Sequence record: SRR22947725_1805
Strand: one strand, 5' to 3'
Length of the DNA: 20,000 bases
Of the stretch, positions 8,567-17,031 are shown piece by piece. The notes under the pieces are model-generated. The model saw only the letters and a list, made by a program, of their open reading frames with translations. It ran no database searches and was not told where the DNA came from. Numbering within the stretch: the stretch's first letter is position 1; every line of letters starts with the position of its first letter. Both the position numbers and the translations under genes were made by a program.

Positions 8567-9280
8567 ATGGCGTCTAGCCGGAGGTCACCCCTGCGGATGA
8601 TTTTCCGATTTCTTCGTGACGCCCTCGTGATTGTGTTGGCCGCTTTGGTGGTCTCGTTTTTTATCAAGTCCTTTTTGATTCGGTCATTTTTTATTCCCAC
8701 GGAATCCATGGAAGCAACCTTGATTCGTGACGATCGCATCATTGTGAGCCAGTTGACCCCGGCTGTGTTTGACCTCAACCGCGGGGATGTGGTGGTCTTC
8801 GTCGATCCCGGGGGATGGCTCTCAAGCCAAAGCGGTGTCAGCGAAGACGATCCGCTGTCCCGGGTCTTGAACGGAATTTCCGTCTTTGTGGGACTGACCA
8901 GCCCGGATGATAATCAGCACCTGGTGAAAAGAGTCATCGGGTTACCCGGGGACACCGTCCTGTGTTGCGATGTCACCGGGGCGATGAGCGTCAACGGGGT
9001 TGCCCTGCCAGAAAATTATGTTCAGATGCCCGAGGGTGTCTCCAAGGTCAGCAGTAATGATTTTGAGGTCACAGTCCCCGAGGGCTCATTATGGATGATG
9101 GGGGATAACCGCTATAACTCGGCCGACTCGCGTCGCAATATGGATAAACCCGGTGGTGGATTTGTGCCGATAGACAACGTGGTGGGTCGAGCCCTAGTAA
9201 TTTCCTGGCCCCAAGAGCGTTGGAGCTGGCTGTCGAACTACTCGTCGGTGTTTTCTGACGTTGAGTCGAGACAACCCTGA
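8567..9280 (+). CDS. lepB: Signal peptidase I
   Basis: N-terminal TM, IPTESMEATL (catalytic Ser), RGDVVVF, LVKRVIGLPGD (catalytic Lys), MGDNR.NSADSR. Confidence 0.96.
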   Translation: MASSRRSPLRMIFRFLRDALVIVLAALVVSFFIKSFLIRSFFIPTESMEATLIRDDRIIVSQLTPAVFDLNRGDVVVFVDPGGWLSSQSGVSEDDPLSRVLNGISVFVGLTSPDDNQHLVKRVIGLPGDTVLCCDVTGAMSVNGVALPENYVQMPEGVSKVSSNDFEVTVPEGSLWMMGDNRYNSADSRRNMDKPGGGFVPIDNVVGRALVISWPQERWSWLSNYSSVFSDVESRQP

Positions 9281-9918
9281 GTCCTCCCGTATTTCCCACC
9301 CTCGAGGTGGAGAGCAGGCTGATTGCCCAGGGTTATCCCCGGGTGATTGGTTGTGACGAGGTGGGGCGTGGCCCGCTGGCGGGACCCGCCGTCATCGGGT
9401 TGGTGGTCTGGGAGCCACACCACACCCAGTGGCCCGAGGGGTTACGCGATTCAAAAGCGATATCCGAGAAAAAGCGCCCTGGTATTGCCGAAGCGATTCG
9501 CGAGACTTTCACGTATTGTGCGATTGGCGAATCAAGCCCGCAGGAAATTGATGACGGCGGAATCGTGAAGGCGCTGGCGACGGCGGTCGTCCGGGGGCTT
9601 CGGGACCTGGCCGCCCAGGGCGTGGCCGTAGGTTCTTCGGTGTTGCTCTTGGATGGCTCTCATGATTTCGTGACCCCGCATTTGCCCCACCCTCTGACGG
9701 TGGTGACAAAAGAAAAGGCTGACCGTGACTGTGTTTCAGTTTCCGCCGCATCGGTGATTGCGAAAGTCCATCGTGATGCGTGCATGGTGCGCTTTGGCGA
9801 GGAGTATCCGGAATATGGTTTTGAGCGTCACAAGGGCTATGGGTCAGCGGGACACCGCGAAGCCATCACTACCCACGGCGTCACTCCCCTCCACCGAAAG
9901 ACCTGGATTCACTTTTAG
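9277..9918 (+). CDS. rnhB: Ribonuclease HII
   Basis: GCDEVGRGPLAGP, LRDSK, LLDG, SVSAASVIAKV.RD, KGYG..H. Start is uncertain: CTG 9277 overlapping the lepB stop, or GTG 9307. Confidence 0.95.
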   Translation: MSPPVFPTLEVESRLIAQGYPRVIGCDEVGRGPLAGPAVIGLVVWEPHHTQWPEGLRDSKAISEKKRPGIAEAIRETFTYCAIGESSPQEIDDGGIVKALATAVVRGLRDLAAQGVAVGSSVLLLDGSHDFVTPHLPHPLTVVTKEKADRDCVSVSAASVIAKVHRDACMVRFGEEYPEYGFERHKGYGSAGHREAITTHGVTPLHRKTWIHF

Positions 9919-9942
9919 CGAAGGTTCACTAGACTCCAGGCC

Positions 9943-10266
9943 ATGGGGCCCGATGACTTTGAGGACTATGACCGCGAGGCCGAGTTAGCGCTGTACCAGG
10001 AATACCGCGATATCGTCTCCCAGTTTCGCTATGTCGTGGAAACCGAGCGGCGGTTCTATTTGGCTAATGAGGTCACTCGCGAAGTTGTTGATCGCGGCGG
10101 TGACTTCTATTTTGAACTCACGCTGAAGGACGTCTGGGTGTGGGACGTCTACCGTTCGGATCGTTTCGTTTCCCAGGTGACCGTATTGACTTTCAAAGAC
10201 GTCAACGTCGAAGAGCTCGGCAACAAAGAACTGAAACTCCCCACCGAGCTGGCGCTCGACGAGTAA
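9943..10266 (+). CDS. DUF2469-family conserved actinobacterial protein
   Basis: ELALYQEYRDIV..F.YVVETERRFYLAN..DVWVWDVYR..RFV..V.VLTFKDVNVEEL, in the usual position after rnhB. Confidence 0.9.
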   Translation: MGPDDFEDYDREAELALYQEYRDIVSQFRYVVETERRFYLANEVTREVVDRGGDFYFELTLKDVWVWDVYRSDRFVSQVTVLTFKDVNVEELGNKELKLPTELALDE

Positions 10267-10353
10267 TCGGTCCAGAGCGCCTTTCACTCAGGAGTTATCC
10301 CAGGGTTGGGGTCTCAAGCCCCGGTTTGTGGGGTTGTCTGGCACGGTGCCGAT

Positions 10354-11277
10354 ATGAACGATGACAGCTCTCGCATCGCCTGGGGAATGATCGCTCACCC
10401 CGGTGATGTGCTCGCTCGGGACGTGTGTGAACTGTTTGGGCCAGCGGAAGCATTGGCGCGGGTGCTTGCTTCCCGCTCGCATGCGGCGACCCTGTCCCTT
10501 GTGAGGGGGGAGGTGACCGGAGGAGATCGAAAGCACCTGGGAACGTTGCAGGAGCGATACGACGCTGACGGGGTCTCTGCCTCACTTCTCCAGCAAGTCC
10601 GGGCGGGAATCGGCGTCCTCCACCCTTCGCACCCGGCCTGGCCCGCCAGGCTTGCGGACTTGGGAGATGCGGCACCGCTCGCACTCTGGTTCAGGGGGAA
10701 CCCTGAGGCAGCGACGACCCTTCCTGTGCTTGCTGTTGTGGGAAGTAGGCGACCCAGCGGTGCGGGGCTGGGAAACGCAACCAGCATTGTGGCCGGAACA
10801 TGGAGCGAAGGGGTCGCCATCCTCTCGGGGGGAGCCGCGGGGATTGATACGGTGGCGCATCAGGCAAGCCTGATTCACCAGAGGGTGCCCCTCTGCGTCC
10901 TCGCGGGCGGGTTGGAATCGGTATATCCGAGCGAAAACACCGCGCTGATGAGCCAGATTGAGGAGCGCGGGGCTATTTTCTCTGAAGCGCCCTGTGGGCT
11001 GCGGATTCGGCCAGAACGTTTTCTGGCCAGGAATCGCCTGATTGCGGCGCTGTCTGACGGTGTCGTGGTGGTGGAGGCCGCCTATCGCTCGGGAGCCATC
11101 AACACCGCCCATCACGCGGCGGGACTGGGCCGACAGATTGGTGTGGTTCCGGGGCGGTGGGGCGACCCTGCAGCCAGAGGATGTTTCCGGATTGCTCGTG
11201 ACGTGGGGGCAATGGTGTTGACTGAGGCGGCAGATGTGGGTTTTTTGCTCCCGGGGATGCCAGGCGTCCACGCCTAA
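10354..11277 (+). CDS. dprA: DNA-processing protein DprA/Smf
   Basis: WP..L.DL..APLALWFRG, AVVGSR, SGGAAGID..AH, FLARNRLIAALS..VVVVEAAYRSGA..TA. Start placed at ATG 10354 (track start 10306). Confidence 0.93.
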   Translation: MNDDSSRIAWGMIAHPGDVLARDVCELFGPAEALARVLASRSHAATLSLVRGEVTGGDRKHLGTLQERYDADGVSASLLQQVRAGIGVLHPSHPAWPARLADLGDAAPLALWFRGNPEAATTLPVLAVVGSRRPSGAGLGNATSIVAGTWSEGVAILSGGAAGIDTVAHQASLIHQRVPLCVLAGGLESVYPSENTALMSQIEERGAIFSEAPCGLRIRPERFLARNRLIAALSDGVVVVEAAYRSGAINTAHHAAGLGRQIGVVPGRWGDPAARGCFRIARDVGAMVLTEAADVGFLLPGMPGVHA

Positions 11278-11286
11278 GCTGGGGGT

Positions 11287-12225
11287 ATGAGCTCGTTTGG
11301 CCAACACCCCTCCGCAGAGCACGTCGTGGTGCACATCAGTGACACTCACCTTCTGGCGGGGAATGCCAAGCTGTATGGATCCATCGACTCTGATGCGCCC
11401 CTGAGGCTGCTGATGGAACGCTTGGTGGCCAGCGGAATCACCATAGACGCCCTGGTCTTCACCGGAGACTTGGCGGATCGAGGAGAAGAGGACGCCTATC
11501 GGCGTCTGCGCTCTTTGGTCGAACCCTGGGCGACAAAGCTCAACACCCAGATTGTGTGGGTAATGGGAAACCACGATGAGAGGGAAGCCTTTTCATCGGT
11601 TTTGACACGCAGCGAGCCCTCGTCCGCTCCCCAGGATGCTGTCTCTGTCGTGAATGGCCTCAGAATTATTGCCCTCGATACTTCTGTGCCCGGCTATCAC
11701 CACGGCGAATTGACACTGGCCCAGTTGGAATGGCTCGCCAGAGAACTGGAAACGCCTGCGGAAAAAGGTACCCTCTTAGCTCTCCACCATCCACCCATCC
11801 CCACCCCGATTGAACTGATGGGCCTCATTGAATTGGAGGACCAGGCGGCGCTTGCCGCGGTGGTTCGAGGCAGCGATGTCCGGGGAATTTTGGCGGGACA
11901 TTTGCACTATTCCACCTATTCGACTTTTGCCGGCGTCCCCATCTCGGTGGCGGCTGCAGCCTGTTACAACATCGATTTGATCGCTCCCTCCACCACCATT
12001 TTGTCGGCAAAAACTACGGGACTCGCAGCGTCTCTGGTGCACGTGTATCCCGAACAGGTGGTGTTTTCCGAGGTCCCCCTGGACGACGTTTCCGAAATCA
12101 TGTCCTACGACGCGAGCTACCGCTCCGTGGTTGAGGCGATGAGTGCCGAGGAGCGCAAGGCGATGTTTTCGAAGAAGGATTCGGAGTTTAATTCCCACGC
12201 AGATCAGGTTCAATCCGGTTCGTGA
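11287..12225 (+). CDS. Class III metallophosphoesterase, CpdA/Icc-like cyclic-nucleotide phosphodiesterase
   Basis: Calcineurin-like motifs HISDTH, TGDLAD, MGNHD, LHHPP and GHLH. Confidence 0.88.
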   Translation: MSSFGQHPSAEHVVVHISDTHLLAGNAKLYGSIDSDAPLRLLMERLVASGITIDALVFTGDLADRGEEDAYRRLRSLVEPWATKLNTQIVWVMGNHDEREAFSSVLTRSEPSSAPQDAVSVVNGLRIIALDTSVPGYHHGELTLAQLEWLARELETPAEKGTLLALHHPPIPTPIELMGLIELEDQAALAAVVRGSDVRGILAGHLHYSTYSTFAGVPISVAAAACYNIDLIAPSTTILSAKTTGLAASLVHVYPEQVVFSEVPLDDVSEIMSYDASYRSVVEAMSAEERKAMFSKKDSEFNSHADQVQSGS

Positions 12226-13133
12226 TGGAGCCGTTGCGCCAGCTGTCTAGGCGGTACTGCCAGGAATTGGCAGATTCCAGGACGCTGTCAGAGAACTCGC
12301 TCAAAGCCTATGAAGGCGACGTAGGACAACTGGTGGAGTATGCCATCACCCAGAGGGTGGAGCAGGCGGGTGAGCTCGATACCGAACTGTGTCGATCGTG
12401 GGTGTGGTCCCTGGCCGAATCGGGTATTGCCGCAGCGTCGCTGCGGCGAAAAGTATCCTCTCTCAAGGGCTTTACCCACTGGCTAGGTCTTCAGGGTCAC
12501 ACCACAGGGGATGTGGGGGTGCGAGTGGCAGCGCCCAAAGCGCAACAGTCGTTACCCAGAGTTCTCTCCAGAGCACATATGGACCACATTCTGGATGGCC
12601 TTGAAGCCGCGGCACAGGGTGACGACCCAGTGGCTCTCAGAAACGCAGCCATCATTGAGCTCCTCTATGCCACGGCGATGCGGGTCAGCGAATTGACTTC
12701 GCTCACACTGGACCATTGTGACGCTTCGGCTCTCACGGTTAAAGTTCTCGGAAAAGGGAACAAAGAACGCATGATTCCCCTGGGTCGTCCCGCTCAGGTT
12801 GCGCTCGATCGATATGTGGCATCGGGCAGGCCGGCTCTGGCTGAGGCAGAGTCGGGAGAAACCGTTTTTCTTTCCCGTCTGGGAAAAGCAATGGGTTCGC
12901 GCAGTGTTTACCAGGTGGTGGCGACGCTGTTGGCCGATATGGGAGGCGACGGGCCGCTGGGCCCGCATACTCTTCGACACACGGCGGCGACCCATCTCTT
13001 GGATGGCGGAGCTGATTTGCGCAGCGTTCAAGAACTATTGGGCCACTCATCGCTGGGCACGACACAGATTTATACCCACGTCTCAATCGAGCGCCTGAAA
13101 GGCGCCTACGACACAGCCCACCCTCGGGCGTAA
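12225..13133 (+). CDS. xerC: Tyrosine recombinase XerC
   Basis: Catalytic residues in MRVSE, GKGNKER, HTLRH, LLGH and TTQIYTH, ending in HPRA. Located downstream of dprA. Start is ATG 12225 or GTG 12222. Confidence 0.9.
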   Translation: MEPLRQLSRRYCQELADSRTLSENSLKAYEGDVGQLVEYAITQRVEQAGELDTELCRSWVWSLAESGIAAASLRRKVSSLKGFTHWLGLQGHTTGDVGVRVAAPKAQQSLPRVLSRAHMDHILDGLEAAAQGDDPVALRNAAIIELLYATAMRVSELTSLTLDHCDASALTVKVLGKGNKERMIPLGRPAQVALDRYVASGRPALAEAESGETVFLSRLGKAMGSRSVYQVVATLLADMGGDGPLGPHTLRHTAATHLLDGGADLRSVQELLGHSSLGTTQIYTHVSIERLKGAYDTAHPRA

Positions 13134-13604
13134 TTACTCCCAGGGCAACAGCACGGCACGTTTCAAGATTCCGAGCTCTCGCCGCGCAGAGCGGTAGTCC
13201 TCTCCCACCCGAAGGCCCAGGTGAACACACAACGTGGGGCAGTGTCCGGGCTCTAGTTCGGCAACGACTTCGCCTGCGCGAACGCGCTCACCGCTAGGGA
13301 CCAATGCTGTCACCGGCTCCATGCTGACCCGGTGGCCCTCTGCCGAAGTGATGGTGATCACCCCGCGATTGACGACCCAACCGCTGAAAGTGACAACCCC
13401 CGCCACCGGAGCCACAATGGTGTCTCCGGTGGCGGCGAGGTCAAGACCCCGGTGCCCCGAACCCCAGGGGGTGAGCGGGGCTTGGTAATCTCTCAGTACC
13501 CTGTGTTCACCCGAGGTCGGCCACTCCCAGATGGCTTCGGGGTGAGGGGGTATGAGTGCGGTAAGAATCAGGAAGGCAATCACGGGCATGGAGGTAAGTG
13601 TCAC
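13134..13604 (-). CDS. Secreted M23/LytM-domain protein (possibly catalytically degenerate)
   Basis: Hydrophobic N-terminus, W.WP, HRGLDL, APVAGVVTFSG, V..GERV.AGEV, VHLGLR. Alternative start ATG 13589. Confidence 0.82.
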   Translation of the reverse strand: MTLTSMPVIAFLILTALIPPHPEAIWEWPTSGEHRVLRDYQAPLTPWGSGHRGLDLAATGDTIVAPVAGVVTFSGWVVNRGVITITSAEGHRVSMEPVTALVPSGERVRAGEVVAELEPGHCPTLCVHLGLRVGEDYRSARRELGILKRAVLLPWE

Positions 13605-13697
13605 CTACAGAGTTGTGTCTCAGCCTCTTGGCCCTGGCGCAGTGGAGGGCGGGGGAAGCTGGAAGGCTGGGGACAGCTGCGCTGATAGCGTTAGAAA

Positions 13698-14522
13698 GTG
13701 ATCGAAAACGCCGTTCTTTTTGCCTTTGTGGTGACCGTGGGAGCGGGGCTGGCGACTCTTGTGGGGGCATCGCTGGCGCTATTTGCGCGACACACGAATC
13801 GCAAATTTCTTGCTGTTTCCCTGGGTTTTTCTGCCGGTGTGATGATCTATGTGTCCTTTGTGGAGATTATTCCCAAGGCGATATCTTTCCTGAGCCCGGA
13901 ATACGGAGAAGGATGGTCCCCAGGGGTCATGGCGATTGCCTTTCTCGGGGGCCTGACAGGGATGGCGCTGCTGTATCGTCTGATTCCCGATCTGGAACAC
14001 CCGTCCCTGGATGATGCCCACACGTCGGTGTCTCTGGAGGACCCCGCACTGGTGAGCCAGATGGATAAGTCGCTGCTTCGGGCGGGAATCGGTGTTGCGC
14101 TGGCGATTACGCTTCACAACTTCCCCGAAGGGATGGCGACGTTTTTCCTCACCCTCGAAGATCCTCAAGTAGGGCTGGCGGTCGGAGCGGCCATCGCCAT
14201 CCACAACATCCCTGAGGGCATCGCTGTCGCGATTCCCCTCTACTACGCCACTAAATCCCGGGCAAAAGCTTTCGGGTTTGGTGCGCTCTCCGGCCTTGCC
14301 GAGCCGATGGGGGCCATTCTTGGCTACCTGGTCTTGCGCCCCTTTATGAACGACACCATTCTCGGTATCACTTTTGCCGCGGTGGCCGGAATCATGGTCT
14401 ATATCTCGATCGATAGCCTCCTGCCGGCAGCGAGGCAATACGGCAGCGGTCAGTTAGCGATTTACGGGGTCATTGCCGGTATGGCCGTGATGGCGGCGTC
14501 TTTGGTCCTTTTCACTCTCTGA
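13698..14522 (+). CDS. zupT: ZIP-family divalent metal (zinc) transporter ZupT
   Basis: Multiple TM helices with LGFSAGVMIYVSFVEI, LHNFPEG, IHNIPEG and SGLAEP. Confidence 0.93.
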   Translation: MIENAVLFAFVVTVGAGLATLVGASLALFARHTNRKFLAVSLGFSAGVMIYVSFVEIIPKAISFLSPEYGEGWSPGVMAIAFLGGLTGMALLYRLIPDLEHPSLDDAHTSVSLEDPALVSQMDKSLLRAGIGVALAITLHNFPEGMATFFLTLEDPQVGLAVGAAIAIHNIPEGIAVAIPLYYATKSRAKAFGFGALSGLAEPMGAILGYLVLRPFMNDTILGITFAAVAGIMVYISIDSLLPAARQYGSGQLAIYGVIAGMAVMAASLVLFTL

Positions 14523-14556
14523 CCCATTCTTCGGGCCTGGGGCCCACAAGTTCGAG

Positions 14557-14638
14557 TGCGGAAGAAGGGACTCGAACCCTCACACCCGAAGGCACAGGAT
14601 CCTAAATCCTGCGTGTCTACCAATTTCACCACTCCCGC
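14557..14638 (-). tRNA. tRNA-Leu (anticodon TAG), CCA not encoded
   Basis: Reverse complement GCGGGAGTGGTGAAATTGGTAGACACGCAGGATTTAGGATCCTGTGCCTTCGGGTGTGAGGGTTCGAGTCCCTTCTTCCGCA. Acceptor GCGGGAG/CTTCCGC, anticodon arm CAGGA-TTTAGGA-TCCTG, long variable arm, GTTCGA T-loop. TAGACT -10 upstream. Confidence 0.97.
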
Positions 14639-14662
14639 TGGTGGCCTCAGTCTACCGAGGGG

Positions 14663-16108
14663 TCAACCAGCCATCCAATCTTCGACGGCCGCCACGCTGC
14701 GCGGAATTGCTGCGGAGAGATTTTCTGCCCCGGTTGCTGTGACAAGGATGTTGTCCTCGATCCGAACCCCGATGCCCCGCCATTCGGCGGGCACTGTTTC
14801 GTCATCGGGCTGAAAATACAGACCCGGTTCAATCGTGAAAACCATTCCGGCCTCGAGCGTTCCCTGGAGGTAGCGCTCTTTTCGAGCGTGGGCGCAGTCA
14901 TGAACGTCGAGCCCCAAGTGGTGGCTGGTGCCATGAATCATAAATCTGCGATGAAGTTGGCTTGTTTTTTTCAATGACTTCGTGAGCGAGACGGGCAAGA
15001 ACCCCCAGTCACTAACGCGTGTGGCGATGACCGCCATGGCGGCGTCATGGATCTCGTGGAAACTCACACCAGGCTTCACCATCGCGAAAGCAACATCGGC
15101 CGCCTCCAATACCGCTTCATAGACTTCCCTCTGATGCGGGGTGAACGTGCCACTGACCGGGATGGTCCTCGTGATATCTGCCGTATACAGGGAATCACGC
15201 TCGACACCCGCGTCCACCAGCAGCAAATCCCCGGGCGAAATGGGCCCATCATTGGTAACCCAGTGCAAAATGCAGGCGTGGGATCCGCTGGCCACGATCG
15301 AGTCATAACCAACAGAGTTGCCTTCCAGGCGGGCCCGCGAGTGGAAGGCTCCTTCCACGATGCGCTCGCCTCGGGCGTGCCCTATTGAGCCTGGAAGAAC
15401 CTCGACAATGTCGTTAAATCCGGCGTGTGTGGAGGCGATGGCCGCCCGAAGTTCCGATACTTCGTAATCGTCTTTGACCAATCGCATCTCGCTCGCAACG
15501 CGTTCGAGATCCGCATCGAGGGCGGTGGGTGAAGTGAACCCTCTCACGGCATCGCACTCAGCGGTGAGGACGGGATCTGCTTCGCGAATTATCGCCCCAG
15601 GCCCGGTGAGCGCGGGAAGCTCAAAACCCTCCCGCTCGCGGGTGTTGAGCCCCAACCAGGTGCCCACGTCCTCGAGGGTGGGGCGCCTTCCCGTCCAAAA
15701 TTCGCCAATAGCAGCGTTGGCATAAAACTCATCACTGGTCCTCGGCGCTGGTCCACGCATCACCAGTTCCCACTCGTGTCCTGTGGCAGTGGGTCTGGCG
15801 ATCGCGATGCTGCCTGGTGTGGCGCTGTGACCCCAGCCCGTGAGATAGGTAAAGGCACTGTGGGGGCGGAAAGGATAGTCCGTGTCATTCGAGCGCTGTT
15901 TGGGTGAGCCTGCAGGAACAATGAGTGTGACCCCAGGAAACCGCGCACTGATTTCGTCGCGTCTTCCTGCAGCATTGCGCGACACCGGCCACGGACGAGC
16001 AGACACAGGAGCGGGCTGTGCCCACCCTGTCTGGATGAAGGCGCGAAATGCTTCGGAGATGGGTGCCGACCGGTTCTCATTACGCGGGGGAGTCGAGTCT
16101 TTCGCCAT
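14663..16108 (-). CDS. pepP: Xaa-Pro aminopeptidase (aminopeptidase P, M24B)
   Basis: RSNDTDYPFRPHS, MRLVKD..E, LVDAG..YTADITRT, HGTSHHLGLDVHD, TIEPGLY, GVRIED. Start placed at ATG 16108 because the track's extension overlaps the PHP gene. Confidence 0.93.
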   Translation of the reverse strand: MAKDSTPPRNENRSAPISEAFRAFIQTGWAQPAPVSARPWPVSRNAAGRRDEISARFPGVTLIVPAGSPKQRSNDTDYPFRPHSAFTYLTGWGHSATPGSIAIARPTATGHEWELVMRGPAPRTSDEFYANAAIGEFWTGRRPTLEDVGTWLGLNTREREGFELPALTGPGAIIREADPVLTAECDAVRGFTSPTALDADLERVASEMRLVKDDYEVSELRAAIASTHAGFNDIVEVLPGSIGHARGERIVEGAFHSRARLEGNSVGYDSIVASGSHACILHWVTNDGPISPGDLLLVDAGVERDSLYTADITRTIPVSGTFTPHQREVYEAVLEAADVAFAMVKPGVSFHEIHDAAMAVIATRVSDWGFLPVSLTKSLKKTSQLHRRFMIHGTSHHLGLDVHDCAHARKERYLQGTLEAGMVFTIEPGLYFQPDDETVPAEWRGIGVRIEDNILVTATGAENLSAAIPRSVAAVEDWMAG

Positions 16109-16137
16109 GTCACAAGTCTGCCACCTAGCATGGGGGA

Positions 16138-17031
16138 GTGCCTTTGCAAATTGATCTTCACGCCCACACCACCTGCTCGGATGGCGCCGATAGCCCCACG
16201 GAGCTCGTGGGAGAAGCCCTCGCGGCGGGTATCGACGTTTTGGGACTGAGTGACCACGACACCCTCGCGGGGTGGGCAGAAGCCGCCGAGGCAGTTGCCG
16301 GCACGGGAATGGCAGTGATTCCCGCGATTGAATTGAGTTGTCAGGTCTTGGAACCAGGCTCGGGTGTGCCGCCTCGCAGTGTGCACCTTCTGGGCTATCT
16401 TCCCGACCCCCAGCACGCGGGTTTGAGAGAGCAAACAGCAAAAATTCGATCCCACCGTGATCACCGCTTGCAGCTGATGGTGGAAAAAATCCGCGTGGAT
16501 TTTGACATCACGTGGGAAGAAGTCTCCGCCCATATCCCAGAAGGCGCTACCGCGGGACGCCCCCACATCGCCCACATCCTGATCGAGAAGGGATATTTCC
16601 CCGACACCTCGGCAGCGTTTGCCGGGCCGTTGCGGGCCGATGGCCCCTATCACGTCCCGCATTACGCCCCGCGATTGGCGGAGGGAATAAGGATTCTGTC
16701 AGAGGCAGGCGCTGTGCCCATCCTTGCCCACCCCTATACCGGCGGGCGTTCCGGGGCCATCAATCACCAACTCGATGCCGCAGAAATTCTCGGGGGCTAT
16801 CGTGCCCTGGCAGAACAAGGACTTGCGGGGTTAGAGATTCACCACCGTGAAAACACGCAGGAGGGCAAAGAGGTGCTGGGTCTGGTGGCGAAAGAGCTTA
16901 ATTTCATTGTCACGGGATCCAGTGATTTTCACGGCAGCAAAAAACCCAACGTCCTAGGGGAGAACACGACGACTGAGGAAGAATTCCACCGAATTCTCGC
17001 TGCCGCGACCGGCAGCGAGCCTCTGCGTTAG
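16138..17031 (+). CDS. PHP-domain metal-dependent phosphoesterase (YciV/TrpH-like)
   Basis: DLHAHT.CSDG, LSDHDT, IELS, VHLLGY, GRPHIA, LAHP, GSSDFHG. Confidence 0.92.
   Translation: MPLQIDLHAHTTCSDGADSPTELVGEALAAGIDVLGLSDHDTLAGWAEAAEAVAGTGMAVIPAIELSCQVLEPGSGVPPRSVHLLGYLPDPQHAGLREQTAKIRSHRDHRLQLMVEKIRVDFDITWEEVSAHIPEGATAGRPHIAHILIEKGYFPDTSAAFAGPLRADGPYHVPHYAPRLAEGIRILSEAGAVPILAHPYTGGRSGAINHQLDAAEILGGYRALAEQGLAGLEIHHRENTQEGKEVLGLVAKELNFIVTGSSDFHGSKKPNVLGENTTTEEEFHRILAAATGSEPLR

Noticed and set aside
10293..10305. DnaA-box-like TTATCCCAG upstream of dprA
   Set aside because: It needs an indel to match TTATCCACA and is a single isolated site.
12222..13133. Tyrosine recombinase as a prophage or island integrase near a tRNA
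   Set aside because: Its size, HPRA C-terminus and dprA-linked position fit housekeeping XerC. I saw no att repeats, phage genes or dif-like site.
16109..16441. N-terminal extensions in the ORF track (pepP to 16441, ffh from 3349, rplS from 8004, rpsP from 5045, DUF3107 to 19764)
   Set aside because: They overlap opposite-strand genes or leaders. The downstream starts match family N-termini and promoter or SD signals.
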